The notes: generated by a model from the letters alone, not told the origin. 64,000 bases of DNA from Rhizobium sp. Q54 (GCA_945892755.1 CAMDDO010000001.1:54860-118859), one strand, 5' to 3'. Shown: positions 42,458-51,794, numbered from the stretch's first letter. Program-made: numbers and translations.

Positions 42458-42539
42458 CTGGCACCCGACGCAACCGGCTTTGGCGCGGCGGCGCTGGCAC
42501 AGCGCGGCGCGCGCCTGACGACATCAGGGAGGGACAAGC

Positions 42540-44900
42540 ATGCTTCGGATCGTGGGCTATTCGGATTGTTATTCGCTCCACCCCGGCGACACCATCAAGT
42601 TCTATGTCAATTCGGAGAAGGGTGAGTCGTATCAAGCTGACATCGTGCGCCTGATTCACGGCGACACCAACCCGGAGGGACCGGGCTTCAAGGAAGAAGT
42701 CAAAAAGACCCCGGTCAGCGCCAAATACAAGGGCCGCAACCAGAAGATCCATGGCGGCTCCTATGTGATCGTGCCGAACGATCCGCGCTTCAATCTTCAG
42801 AGCTTCACGCTGCAGGCGATGATTTTCCCGACCACGCCCGAAAAAGGCATGCAGGGCATCCTGACCAAATGGGACCATGGCAAGAAGGCGGGCTATGGCC
42901 TGATCATTGACGACAAGGGCTGCCTCGCGGTCGGCATCGCGAACGACAAGGGCAAGATGACCATGCTCTCGAGCGGCAAGAAGCTCCTGCGCAAGGTCTG
43001 GTACCTCGCCGCCGCGAGCTATGACGCGGAATCGGGCAAGCTCAAGCTTTATCAAATTCCGATCCCGACCTCGGCCAATGGCGGGCTTGGCATGTCGCTC
43101 GTGCATCCCTTGAGCGAAACCTCGCGCATCGTTTCGCAGGACGCCAAGCTCGGCGCACCCGCCGCCAATGACGCGCCGTTTCTGATGGGCGCCTGGGCGG
43201 AAAAGCCGCGCTCCGGCCGACGCATTTTCGGGGCGCATTACAAGGAAGCAACCAGCCCGGTCGAGCTCCCGGTTCAAGGCGGCTGTTATAACGGCAAGAT
43301 CGACCGGCCGCGGCTCGCCCGCCGCGCCCTCAGTCACGCCGAGATCGATGCGCTCGCGCGCGGCTACAGATATTGCCCGAGCGAATTGCGCAATGAGGTG
43401 ATCGCGGCGTGGGATTTCCACGCCAATATCAGCAACAACATCGCCTCGACCTACATCATCGACACCTCGACCAGTTTGTTGAACGGCCACGCGGTCAATC
43501 TGCCGGCGCGCGGCATGACCGGCTATAACTGGACCGCGGATGAGATCGTCTATCATCACAAGCCCGAGGAATATGGCGCGATCCATTTCCACGATGACGA
43601 CATCGACGATGCGCGTTGGGAAGTCGATTTCGAATTCACCGTGCCGGCTGGTTGGAAAAGCGGCGTCTATGCGGCGCGGCTCCGCATCAATGGGGAGTCG
43701 ACGCCCGAGACCGAGGACTATGTGCCGTTCTTCCTCCGTCCGCCCAAGGGCACGACCACGGCCGACATCTGCTTCATCGTGCCGCTGCAAAGCTACCTCG
43801 CCTATTCGAACGACAATCTCGGCGCGAACTCGGTCGCGGCCCAGTTGCTCGGTGGCAAAGTGCCAATCTTGCAGGCGTCCGACCTGTTCCTCAACGAACA
43901 CCGCGAATATGGCCTTTCGACATATTCATGCCACTCGGATGGCTCGGGCGTGTGCTATTCCTCGCGCCTGCGGCCCATTCTCAACATGCGGCCCAAATAT
44001 CGCCACTGGCTGTCGCCTTCGCTCTGGCAGCTCAATGGCGATCTGCACTTGACCGACTGGCTCGAGGAGATGGGCTTCAATTTCGACGTCCACACCGATG
44101 AGGATTTGCAACGCGAGGGCGTCGACCTGCTGAAAAAATACCGCGGGGTGCTGACCGGCACGCACCCGGAATATGCCTCCGAGAAAATGCTCGACGCCTA
44201 TGAGGCCTATCAGCAGCATGGCGGGCGTTGGCTCTATCTCGGCGCCGACGGCTTCTATTGGGTGACCGAATTCCACCCCGACAATTACAACATCGTCGAA
44301 GTGCGCAAGGGTGAGGCCGGCACGCGGGCCTGGACCGCCAATCCGGGCGAATACAACAACGCCTTCGATGGCAAATATGGCGGCATGTGGCGCGCGCGCG
44401 GACGTATCCCGACCAAGGTGTGCGGCCTCACCTTCACCGGCTATGGCTTCGACGTGTCGACTTATTATCGCCGCATGCCGGATAGCGAACGGCCCGAATG
44501 CGCCTGGATGTTCAACGGCATCGGCAAGGACGAGATCATCGGCGATTTCGGCCTGGTTGGCGGCGGCGCGGCAGGGCTCGAGATCGATCGCTATGACCTC
44601 GAATTCGGCACGCCGCACAATGCCTATCTGCTCGGACGCTCGGAAGGTCATACCGATCTGATGATGCAGGTAAACGAAGAAATTCATTTCACCTGTCGTG
44701 GCTATTATGGCGGCGGCGATGAGAACCCGATGATCCGTGCCGACATGATCTACTACAAGACGCCGAATGACGGCGGCGTATTCGCGCCCGGCTCGCTTGC
44801 CTGGTGCGGCTCGCTCTCGCACAACAATTACAAGAACAACGTCTCCAAACTGATGGAGAACGTGATCAAGGGTTTCCTGAAGCCGGGCCCCTTGCCCTGA
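42540..44900 (+). CDS. dmfA2: N,N-dimethylformamidase large subunit-like protein
   Basis: LIHGDTNPEGPG, LamG-like insert, HFHDDD, SGVYAARL, YLAYSN, GLSTY..HSDG, GTHPEY, GGAAGLEIDR, WCGSLSHN. Confidence 0.85.
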   Translation: MLRIVGYSDCYSLHPGDTIKFYVNSEKGESYQADIVRLIHGDTNPEGPGFKEEVKKTPVSAKYKGRNQKIHGGSYVIVPNDPRFNLQSFTLQAMIFPTTPEKGMQGILTKWDHGKKAGYGLIIDDKGCLAVGIANDKGKMTMLSSGKKLLRKVWYLAAASYDAESGKLKLYQIPIPTSANGGLGMSLVHPLSETSRIVSQDAKLGAPAANDAPFLMGAWAEKPRSGRRIFGAHYKEATSPVELPVQGGCYNGKIDRPRLARRALSHAEIDALARGYRYCPSELRNEVIAAWDFHANISNNIASTYIIDTSTSLLNGHAVNLPARGMTGYNWTADEIVYHHKPEEYGAIHFHDDDIDDARWEVDFEFTVPAGWKSGVYAARLRINGESTPETEDYVPFFLRPPKGTTTADICFIVPLQSYLAYSNDNLGANSVAAQLLGGKVPILQASDLFLNEHREYGLSTYSCHSDGSGVCYSSRLRPILNMRPKYRHWLSPSLWQLNGDLHLTDWLEEMGFNFDVHTDEDLQREGVDLLKKYRGVLTGTHPEYASEKMLDAYEAYQQHGGRWLYLGADGFYWVTEFHPDNYNIVEVRKGEAGTRAWTANPGEYNNAFDGKYGGMWRARGRIPTKVCGLTFTGYGFDVSTYYRRMPDSERPECAWMFNGIGKDEIIGDFGLVGGGAAGLEIDRYDLEFGTPHNAYLLGRSEGHTDLMMQVNEEIHFTCRGYYGGGDENPMIRADMIYYKTPNDGGVFAPGSLAWCGSLSHNNYKNNVSKLMENVIKGFLKPGPLP

Positions 44901-44922
44901 GCCTTTGGGCTCGCGATGATAG

Positions 44923-44956
44923 CGGGGCGGCTCGCAAGGGCCGCCCCGTTTGATTT
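44923..44956 (+). terminator. Intrinsic terminator-like hairpin after dmfA2
   Basis: CGGGGCGGCTC-GCAA-GGGCCGCCCCG followed by TTTGATTT. Confidence 0.6.
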
Positions 44957-44978
44957 CGAGATGCGGGAGAGAGAGGCC

Positions 44979-45338
44979 ATGCCAACCGATCCTGATCGCT
45001 GGCTCAAGCCAGGCTACACGCCCTCCGCCAAAGTGCGGCCGACCGATCTCGACCGGCGGAGTCCGCGTTTGCCCGAGCTTCTCAAGGGGCTCGACCGAGA
45101 TAAGCTCGCCGAGTTCGCCCAGGTGCTGTTTCAGTTGAACGGTTTTCGGCGCGGACCCGTGAAGGGCTATTACGTCGTGGTCGAGACCAAGCCCGGCGTG
45201 GAATGGAAAGTCGGCCAGCTTTGCGCCGATCCTGACGCACCGCTCCATATCGTCGATGAGCGCAGCTTCGATAACAGCGATGAACCGCTGAAACTCGCCG
45301 AAGCGCTGCGCGCGGCCGACCCGCCGCGCTATGGCTGA
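44979..45338 (+). CDS. Hypothetical protein, partial paralog of the DMFase small subunit
   Basis: GGAGAGAGAGG RBS; FRRGPVKGYYVVVETKPGVEWKVG aligns without gaps to FRRAPQAGKYVRIAVVPHKEYAIG of 42041..42457. Confidence 0.7.
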   Translation: MPTDPDRWLKPGYTPSAKVRPTDLDRRSPRLPELLKGLDRDKLAEFAQVLFQLNGFRRGPVKGYYVVVETKPGVEWKVGQLCADPDAPLHIVDERSFDNSDEPLKLAEALRAADPPRYG

Positions 45339-46500
45339 ACGTCACGTCGAGATCGCCGGCGCAGGTTTCTCCGGCCTCACGATCGCGACCGCGCTCGCGC
45401 AACGTGGCTGGTCGGTGCGCGTGCATGAGCGCGCGCCCGAAGTGCGCGCCTTCGGCGCCGGCATTTGGTTGTGGGACAATGGCATCCGCGTGCTGAACGC
45501 GATCGGCGCGGCCGATGAGGCGCTCGACGGTTGCACCGAAGCCAAGGTCTGGGAAAGCTGGGACCGCACAGGCGACCTGATCGATCGCGTGCAATTCGGC
45601 ATCGGCGGCGGCTCACGGGTTTTTTGCGTCGTGCGCCAGCAATTACTGATGGCGATCCTGCACGCGGCGGAGCGCGCCGGTGTCGAGGTGTGCACCAATT
45701 CGGAAGCGGTTGGCGCGACGGCGGACGGCGCGCTCAAGCTCGCGAGCGGCGAAACGCTCAAGGCCGACCTCGTGATCGGCGCCGATGGTATCCGCTCGAA
45801 GGTGCGCGATTCGCTTGGCCTCTTGAAGCGCCGCCATGTTCATATCGACGGTGCGATTCGCGTGTTGATCCCGCGCACCGCCGAGGAATACGAAACCGAG
45901 GAAGGCCGCAAAATCCGCGAATGGTGGTATGGCTCGCGCCGCCTGCTCTATACACCCTGCAGCAAGGACGTGGTCTATCTCTGCTTCACCATGATGGCGC
46001 GTGACAAGGAGGCGGCCGAGATTCCCTTGCGCAAGGAAGTCTGGGCCCGGAGCTTTCCCCAACTGAAGCACATGATCGATCGGGTCGGCACCGACGGCCG
46101 TTATGATCGCTTCGAGACCTCGAGACTGCATCGCTGGTCGAAGGGCCGGGTCGCGATCATGGGTGATGCCGCGCATTCCATGTCGCCGGGCCTCGGCCAA
46201 GGCGGCGGCTCATCGCTCGTTAGCGCGCTTACCTTGCCGGCGCTGATTGACGAGATGGGCGCGATCGAGCCCGCGCTTGAGGCCTGGGAAACAGCGCTTC
46301 GCCCCTTGGCCGAACACACCCAGCGCTGGTCGAAGATCACCTGGCCCTTGATTCCCTGGCCGGCCTGGGTTGCGCGGCGCTATTACGCCTTCCCGCTGGC
46401 GAAAGGCTGGATCGCCAAGCAGCGCATGCGCCCATCGCTCCACGTCGCGAAGGGAACGGAGGGTCACAGGCTCTGGGTGCCAACAAGAGCGGGCGTGTAA
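45331..46500 (+). CDS. FAD-dependent monooxygenase, MHPCO (hydroxypyridine ring-cleaving oxygenase)-like
   Basis: EIAGAGFSG, RAFGAGIWLWDNG, NSEAV, GADGIRSKVRDS, LYTPC, GDAAHSM.PGLGQG. Confidence 0.85.
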   Translation: MAERHVEIAGAGFSGLTIATALAQRGWSVRVHERAPEVRAFGAGIWLWDNGIRVLNAIGAADEALDGCTEAKVWESWDRTGDLIDRVQFGIGGGSRVFCVVRQQLLMAILHAAERAGVEVCTNSEAVGATADGALKLASGETLKADLVIGADGIRSKVRDSLGLLKRRHVHIDGAIRVLIPRTAEEYETEEGRKIREWWYGSRRLLYTPCSKDVVYLCFTMMARDKEAAEIPLRKEVWARSFPQLKHMIDRVGTDGRYDRFETSRLHRWSKGRVAIMGDAAHSMSPGLGQGGGSSLVSALTLPALIDEMGAIEPALEAWETALRPLAEHTQRWSKITWPLIPWPAWVARRYYAFPLAKGWIAKQRMRPSLHVAKGTEGHRLWVPTRAGV

Positions 46501-46512
46501 GCTCGCTTACTT

Positions 46513-46592
46513 CGTCATGCCCGGGCGTAGACCCGGGCATTCAGTTCTCTTCAAGAAAACCCTGGATTGCCGGGTCAAGCCCGGCAATGACG
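46513..46592. repeat. Inverted pair of REP-like palindromes
   Basis: CGTCATGCCCGGGCGTAGACCCGGGCATTCAG ... CTGGATTGCCGGGTCAAGCCCGGCAATGACG, between convergent genes. Confidence 0.8.
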
Positions 46593-46620
46593 TGAAAAGA
46601 GAGTTCGGAGCATCAACCAT

Positions 46621-47070
46621 TCACGCCTTGCGGTGAGTCTTGGCGAGCGCGATCAGCGGGTGCGTCGGTGACATCTGGAATTTGATCAGCAGCTCGCGCG
46701 CCAGCATGTCGCGGTCTTGCTGGTTGTCGGGCAGCTTCAAGTTCGCCGGCACCTGAACCCAGCCATTGATGTTGCGGTCGAACACCGCCGGCCGCCCCTC
46801 CTCATAGCCCATGTGCACGTCTTCGAGCCAATTGAGGTCAGGCCAGCCCATGATCTCGATGTATTTTTTCAGGAACGGCGTGATGCGCGCATAGTCCGGC
46901 ACGAGGTTCACGTCATAGCGATAGCCGATGTGCTGGCCGATCTCCTTCTCGCGCGCGGTGTCGAGGCCCTTCGACTTCAGGAAATAGTCGACATCGGTCT
47001 TTTTCGCGCCTTTGGTTTTAGCCGCGGGCTTCTTCGCGGGCTTGGCCTTGAGCTTGATGACTTTCGCCAT
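46621..47070 (-). CDS. Hypothetical protein, last gene of the NMG operon
   Basis: GGAG RBS just after the mgsC stop; GC-rich third codon positions; Lys/Ala-rich N-terminus. Confidence 0.8.
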   Translation of the reverse strand: MAKVIKLKAKPAKKPAAKTKGAKKTDVDYFLKSKGLDTAREKEIGQHIGYRYDVNLVPDYARITPFLKKYIEIMGWPDLNWLEDVHMGYEEGRPAVFDRNINGWVQVPANLKLPDNQQDRDMLARELLIKFQMSPTHPLIALAKTHRKA

Positions 47071-47079
47071 GGTCGGCTC

Positions 47080-48474
47080 CTAATAGCGCGTCATGTCGGG
47101 GCGGCCGACCGTGTGCTGCGTGCCGGCGAGCGGCACCTGCGCCATGGCCGAGGCCTCCATGGTGAGGGCCGCCAGATCTTCCGGCTCGAGTGAATGGACG
47201 TTGGTCTTGCCGCAGGCGCGCGCCATCATCTGGCACTCGAGCGTGAGCGTATGCAGGAAGTTGAACACCCGCACCGCCGCTTCATCGGGGTCGAGGCGTT
47301 TTCTCAGAAGCGGATCTTGCGTGGTCACGCCAACCGGGCAGCGACCCGTGTGGCAGTGATAGCAATGGCCGGCCGGCACGCCGACCTCGGCCTCGTAATC
47401 GGCCTCGGGAATATCCTTGTTGCAATTGAGCGCGATCAGCGCGGCATGACCGATCGCGACAGCGTCGGCGCCGAGCGCCAGCGCCTTCGCGACGTCGCCG
47501 CCATTCCTGATGCCGCCGGCATAGACCAGCGAGATCGAGCCTGACGCGCCGAGGTCGTCGAGCGCCTTCCGCGCTTGGCGGATTGCCGCGATTCCGGGCA
47601 CGCCGGTTTCCTCGGTCGCGATGTGTGGCCCGGCCCCGGTGCCGCCCTCCATGCCGTCGATATAGATCGAATCAGGCCCGGTCTTGATCGCCATGCGCAC
47701 GTCGTCGTAAACCCGCGCGGCGCCGAGCTTCAATTGAATCGGAATTTGGTGATCAGTCGCCTCGCGAATTTCCTGGATCTTGAGCGCGAGATCATCAGGC
47801 CCGAGCCAATCGGGATGGCGCGCCGGCGAGCGCTGGTCGATACCGGCCGGCAGCGAGCGCATCTCGGCCACCTGATCGGTCACCTTCTGGCCCATCAAAT
47901 GGCCGCCGAGCCCGACCTTGCAGCCCTGGCCGATGAAGAACTCGCAGGCATCCGCCAGGCGCAAATGGTTTGGGTTGAAGCCATAGCGCGATTGAATGCA
48001 CTGATAGAACCATTTCGACGAATAGCGCCGCTCATCCGGGATCATGCCGCCTTCGCCCGAGCAGGTCGCGGTGCCGGCCATGGTGGCGCCACGCGCCAAC
48101 GCCATTTTTGCTTCATATGAGAGCGCGCCGAAACTCATGCCCGTGATGTAAACCGGAATGTCGAGCACGAGCGGGCGCTTGGCCTTTGGCCCGATCACCG
48201 TCGTGGTTTCGCACTTCTCGCGATAACCTTCGATCACGAAGCGGGTCAGCGTGCCGGGCAAGAAGGTCAGATCATCCCATGTCGGGGTCTTCTTGAAGAT
48301 CGAGAAGCCGCGCATGCGATAGCGGCCGAGCTCAGCCTTGATGTGGATGTCGTCCATCACCTCAGGCGTGAAGATGCGGCTATGCCCGAGCAGAGATTTA
48401 TTGCGCTCTGGCTTCGCGCTGCGTTTGACGGTTTTTTTCGTCCGCGCCTCGAGCGCGCGTCTTTTGGTTGCCAT
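47080..48474 (-). CDS. mgsC: N-methylglutamate synthase FMN subunit (GlxD-like)
   Basis: GMSFGALS, SGEGG, GLGGHL, SPARHPD, GGTGA, GGIRNG, CYHCHTGRCP. Confidence 0.82.
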   Translation of the reverse strand: MATKRRALEARTKKTVKRSAKPERNKSLLGHSRIFTPEVMDDIHIKAELGRYRMRGFSIFKKTPTWDDLTFLPGTLTRFVIEGYREKCETTTVIGPKAKRPLVLDIPVYITGMSFGALSYEAKMALARGATMAGTATCSGEGGMIPDERRYSSKWFYQCIQSRYGFNPNHLRLADACEFFIGQGCKVGLGGHLMGQKVTDQVAEMRSLPAGIDQRSPARHPDWLGPDDLALKIQEIREATDHQIPIQLKLGAARVYDDVRMAIKTGPDSIYIDGMEGGTGAGPHIATEETGVPGIAAIRQARKALDDLGASGSISLVYAGGIRNGGDVAKALALGADAVAIGHAALIALNCNKDIPEADYEAEVGVPAGHCYHCHTGRCPVGVTTQDPLLRKRLDPDEAAVRVFNFLHTLTLECQMMARACGKTNVHSLEPEDLAALTMEASAMAQVPLAGTQHTVGRPDMTRY

Positions 48475-48512
48475 GGCTAACTCCTTCGCGGGCGAACGCG
48501 CCCGAAAGCGGT

Positions 48513-49352
48513 CTACAACGCGATCTTCTTCTCGGTCGGCTCGAGCGTGTCGTAATTCCAGAGCTGCCGGCCGGCGACGATCTTTTTCAAATTCTCCGCG
48601 CCATTCGGGGCCTTTAGGCCATAGGTGCCGAGCTTGCGCTTGAGCCAGGCGATCTCGGTCTCGTTAAGTTCGCCCGGCACCGCATCGACGCCGAGCGAGC
48701 CGATCTTGCCGCCGACATAAATCGTGCCGTCATACATCGAATCGCCGAGATTCTTGCCGGTATCGCCGAGGATGATCATGCGGCCGCGCTGCATCATGAA
48801 GCCGCAGAACGAGCCCGCCCGGCCGCCGATGATGATGGTGCCGCCCTTCTGGTCGATGCCGACACGCGCGCCGACATCGCCCTTGCAGACGAGATCGCCG
48901 CCACGGATCGCGGCGCCAAAGGTCGAGCCGGCGTTCTTTTCTATCAACACCACGCCAGCCATCATGTTTTCGGCGCAAGACCAGCCGACCCGGCCCGTGA
49001 TGTGCACCATCGGCCCGTCGAGCAGGCCGCAACCGAAATAGCCGAGACTGCCCTCGAAATCGAGCTTGAGCCGGTTCAGCAGCCCAACGCCGATGCCGTG
49101 CTTGGCCATGGGGTTCTGCACGACGATATGGCCATAGCCCTCGGCCATCAGCGCGCGAATGCGCGCATTGATCGCTTGCGCGGTCATGGCCGCCGCATCG
49201 AACGCGGCGCGGCGCTTCAAATCGACGACCACCGCATCGGCATAGACGAAGTTCTCGCCCTGCGCGGCGGAAAAAAAAGTCTGTTGCGTGCGACCGCGCA
49301 GCGATTCTTGATGTTCGGCGCCGGCGAGCGCCTTTACCTCTAGCTTTGCCAT
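48513..49352 (-). CDS. mgsB: N-methylglutamate synthase GXGXG subunit (GlxC-like)
   Basis: Beta-helix Gly repeats GSLGYF, AENMMAG, GIDQKGG, LGDSMY. Confidence 0.82.
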   Translation of the reverse strand: MAKLEVKALAGAEHQESLRGRTQQTFFSAAQGENFVYADAVVVDLKRRAAFDAAAMTAQAINARIRALMAEGYGHIVVQNPMAKHGIGVGLLNRLKLDFEGSLGYFGCGLLDGPMVHITGRVGWSCAENMMAGVVLIEKNAGSTFGAAIRGGDLVCKGDVGARVGIDQKGGTIIIGGRAGSFCGFMMQRGRMIILGDTGKNLGDSMYDGTIYVGGKIGSLGVDAVPGELNETEIAWLKRKLGTYGLKAPNGAENLKKIVAGRQLWNYDTLEPTEKKIAL

Positions 49353-50296
49353 ACGCGGACCTCGCCGTCATAGGGATCCCAGGTGTCGATTTCCTTCGGG
49401 AAGATGCTGCGAATCGCCACTTCCTCGGAGGCGAGCGCGACCATGTCGTCGCTCTCGAACAAAACCATCGGCTTCGCCGCCATGGTGTCCTTCGCCATGC
49501 CGAGCTGGTCGGAGGTCGCCACCAAATAGGTGAACACGCCATCGAGCTCGGCGACGGAGGCCGTCATCGCGTCTTTCAACTTGGCGCCCTGGTGCATGCG
49601 ATCGGCCAAATAAACCGCGATCAATTCCGAATCGCAGTTCGAGACGAAGCGGTGGCCGCGATGCTCAAGCTCGCGACGGAATTTCCAATAATTGGTCAGC
49701 TGGCCGTTGTGCACGACCGAGACATCCATGAACGGATAGGCCCAATAGGGATGGGCCGAGCGGATATCGACATCCGATTCGGTCGCCATGCGGGTGTGGC
49801 CAATCGCGTGCGTGCCTTTGAACTGGCTGAGCTTGTATTCGCCCGAAACACGTTCGGCATCGCCCAAATCCTTGATCAACTCGAGCGCATGGCCGAGCGA
49901 GAGGATTTCAGCGCCTTCGATGTCCTCGATATAGTCGGCGAACTTCTTATAGGCATCGTGCGAATTCATCGTGCCCGGCTTGAAGCGAAGCTGATAGCGG
50001 AAGGCGTATTCGGTGGCGGGCTCATGCGCCACGATCTCGCCGCCAAATTGCGCGATGCGCTTGTCGACCTCGGCGCGCCGCTCGACGACCTGGCGGTGGA
50101 TCTCGAAGCCTTTGCTCATGTCTTCCTGTTCGGCGACCTTGAAGCGCATGACGAAATCGCCGTCGCTTGGCGTGCCATAAAGCGCGAAGCCGGTCGAATC
50201 CGGGCCTCGGTGTTTGAGCGCGCGTAGCATCGAGGTCATCTCGAAGCCAACATCGGCGCGCGCGCCGCGATGAATAACGCCTGCTATGCCACACAT
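49340..50296 (-). CDS. mgsA: N-methylglutamate synthase class II amidotransferase subunit (GlxB-like)
   Basis: MCGIAG (Cys2), HRGPDS, GHTRMATES, AHP, HNGQL, DSE. Confidence 0.82.
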   Translation of the reverse strand: MCGIAGVIHRGARADVGFEMTSMLRALKHRGPDSTGFALYGTPSDGDFVMRFKVAEQEDMSKGFEIHRQVVERRAEVDKRIAQFGGEIVAHEPATEYAFRYQLRFKPGTMNSHDAYKKFADYIEDIEGAEILSLGHALELIKDLGDAERVSGEYKLSQFKGTHAIGHTRMATESDVDIRSAHPYWAYPFMDVSVVHNGQLTNYWKFRRELEHRGHRFVSNCDSELIAVYLADRMHQGAKLKDAMTASVAELDGVFTYLVATSDQLGMAKDTMAAKPMVLFESDDMVALASEEVAIRSIFPKEIDTWDPYDGEVRVWQS

Positions 50297-50327
50297 GGTC
50301 TGTAACTCCGCGAAGCGCCCGCCACGA

Positions 50328-51794
50328 TCACGGCAGGCAATCGAGATAGGTGTTGAGATCCCATTCGGTGACGGTTGAGAGGAACTTCTCCCACTCGTCG
50401 CGTTTGTAATGCATATAGACCCGAAACATTTCATCCGGCATGGCGCGTTTGATCACCTCATCACGCTCCAGCGCAGCGAGCGAATCGCCAAGCGACATCG
50501 GCAACTTCTTGACCTGCTTGCCGGCCTCCATCGCTTGATAGATGTTGCGCTCCTCCGGCTCGCCCGGATCGATTGCGTTATCGATGCCATCGTCGAACGC
50601 CATGAGAATCGCGCTCGCCATCAAATAAGGATTCACCATCGAATCGACCGCGCGATACTCGAAGCGCCCGGGCGCCGATATGCGCAATCCGCAGGTGCGG
50701 TTCTGATAGCCCCAATCGGCGAAGATCGGCGCCCAGAAGCCGGCATCCCACAAGCGCCGATAGGAATTCGCGGTCGAGCAGCCGATCGCGGTCAAGGCCG
50801 GCAAATGCTTGATGATGCCGCCGATCGACATCAGGCCATATTTGCCCGGCTTATTGCTGCCCTTGGTGTCGGGCATGAAGGTATTGTCGCCGCCCTTGGC
50901 GTATTGAAAGACGCTCGGCAATCCAGGCAGCGTGCTATGGCCGAGATTGTTGAGTTTGTCCGCGCCGCCTTTCCAGAGCGAAATATTGTGGTGGCAGCCA
51001 TTGGCCGAAACGCCCATGAAGGGCTTGGTCATGAAGCACGCGATCAAATTGTTCTCGCGCGCGACCTGGGCGCAGATTTGCCGATAGGTGGTGAGCCGGT
51101 CGGCGGTCCTGAGCGCGTCGTCGAACATGAAATTGAGCTCGAGCTGGCCCGGCGCGTCTTCATGGTCGCCCTGAATCATGTCGAGACCCATGGCGCGCGA
51201 ATAATCGATGACCTTCAAGAAGATCGGCCGGAGCGCCTCGAACTGATCGATGTGATAGCAATTCGGCTTGGTCATGCCGCCAGCCATTTGACCATCGGGG
51301 CCGCGCTTCAGCCACATCATCTCGGGCTCGCAGCCATGACGCATTTGCAGCCCGTGCTTCTTTTGGAAGGCGTCGTGGTGCAGGCGCAAATTGCCGCGGC
51401 AATCCGAGGTCAGATGGCCGCCCGGATTGACCTTTTCCTCGCGATTGCGGAAGCAGGTGCAGAAAACGCGCGCGACCCGTTTGTCCCACGGCAATTGCAC
51501 GAAGGTGTCAGGGTCGGGCAAGCCGATCAGCTCGGACGCCTCGGGGCCGTAGCCGATATAATTCTTGTGGCGATCGACATAGAGGTTCGCGGTCGAGCCA
51601 TAGACCAGCTGAAAGCCGCGCTCGGCGATCGCTTCCCAATGGTCCGCCGGTATGCCCTTGCCGACGATGCGGCCGGTGACCGAGACGAACTGATAATAGA
51701 TGTAGGTGACGCCAAGCTCGTCGATCTTGGCTCGAACCTGTTTGATTTCCTCGGCGCGTCCTGGCCGCGCGACATGGGCCTCAAGATCAGTCAT
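50328..51794 (-). CDS. Glutamine-synthetase-like gamma-glutamylamide synthetase (probable GmaS role)
   Basis: GCEPE, HEDAPGQLE, KPF..SANGCH, NSYRRL, FWAP, NRT, FEYR; upstream of mgsABC. Confidence 0.78.
   Translation of the reverse strand: MTDLEAHVARPGRAEEIKQVRAKIDELGVTYIYYQFVSVTGRIVGKGIPADHWEAIAERGFQLVYGSTANLYVDRHKNYIGYGPEASELIGLPDPDTFVQLPWDKRVARVFCTCFRNREEKVNPGGHLTSDCRGNLRLHHDAFQKKHGLQMRHGCEPEMMWLKRGPDGQMAGGMTKPNCYHIDQFEALRPIFLKVIDYSRAMGLDMIQGDHEDAPGQLELNFMFDDALRTADRLTTYRQICAQVARENNLIACFMTKPFMGVSANGCHHNISLWKGGADKLNNLGHSTLPGLPSVFQYAKGGDNTFMPDTKGSNKPGKYGLMSIGGIIKHLPALTAIGCSTANSYRRLWDAGFWAPIFADWGYQNRTCGLRISAPGRFEYRAVDSMVNPYLMASAILMAFDDGIDNAIDPGEPEERNIYQAMEAGKQVKKLPMSLGDSLAALERDEVIKRAMPDEMFRVYMHYKRDEWEKFLSTVTEWDLNTYLDCLP

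Noticed and set aside
47080-51794. Ordinary GS/GOGAT ammonia assimilation
   Set aside because: The split three-gene GlxBCD-like form and the WAP flap fit NMG synthase and a gamma-glutamylamide ligase better.
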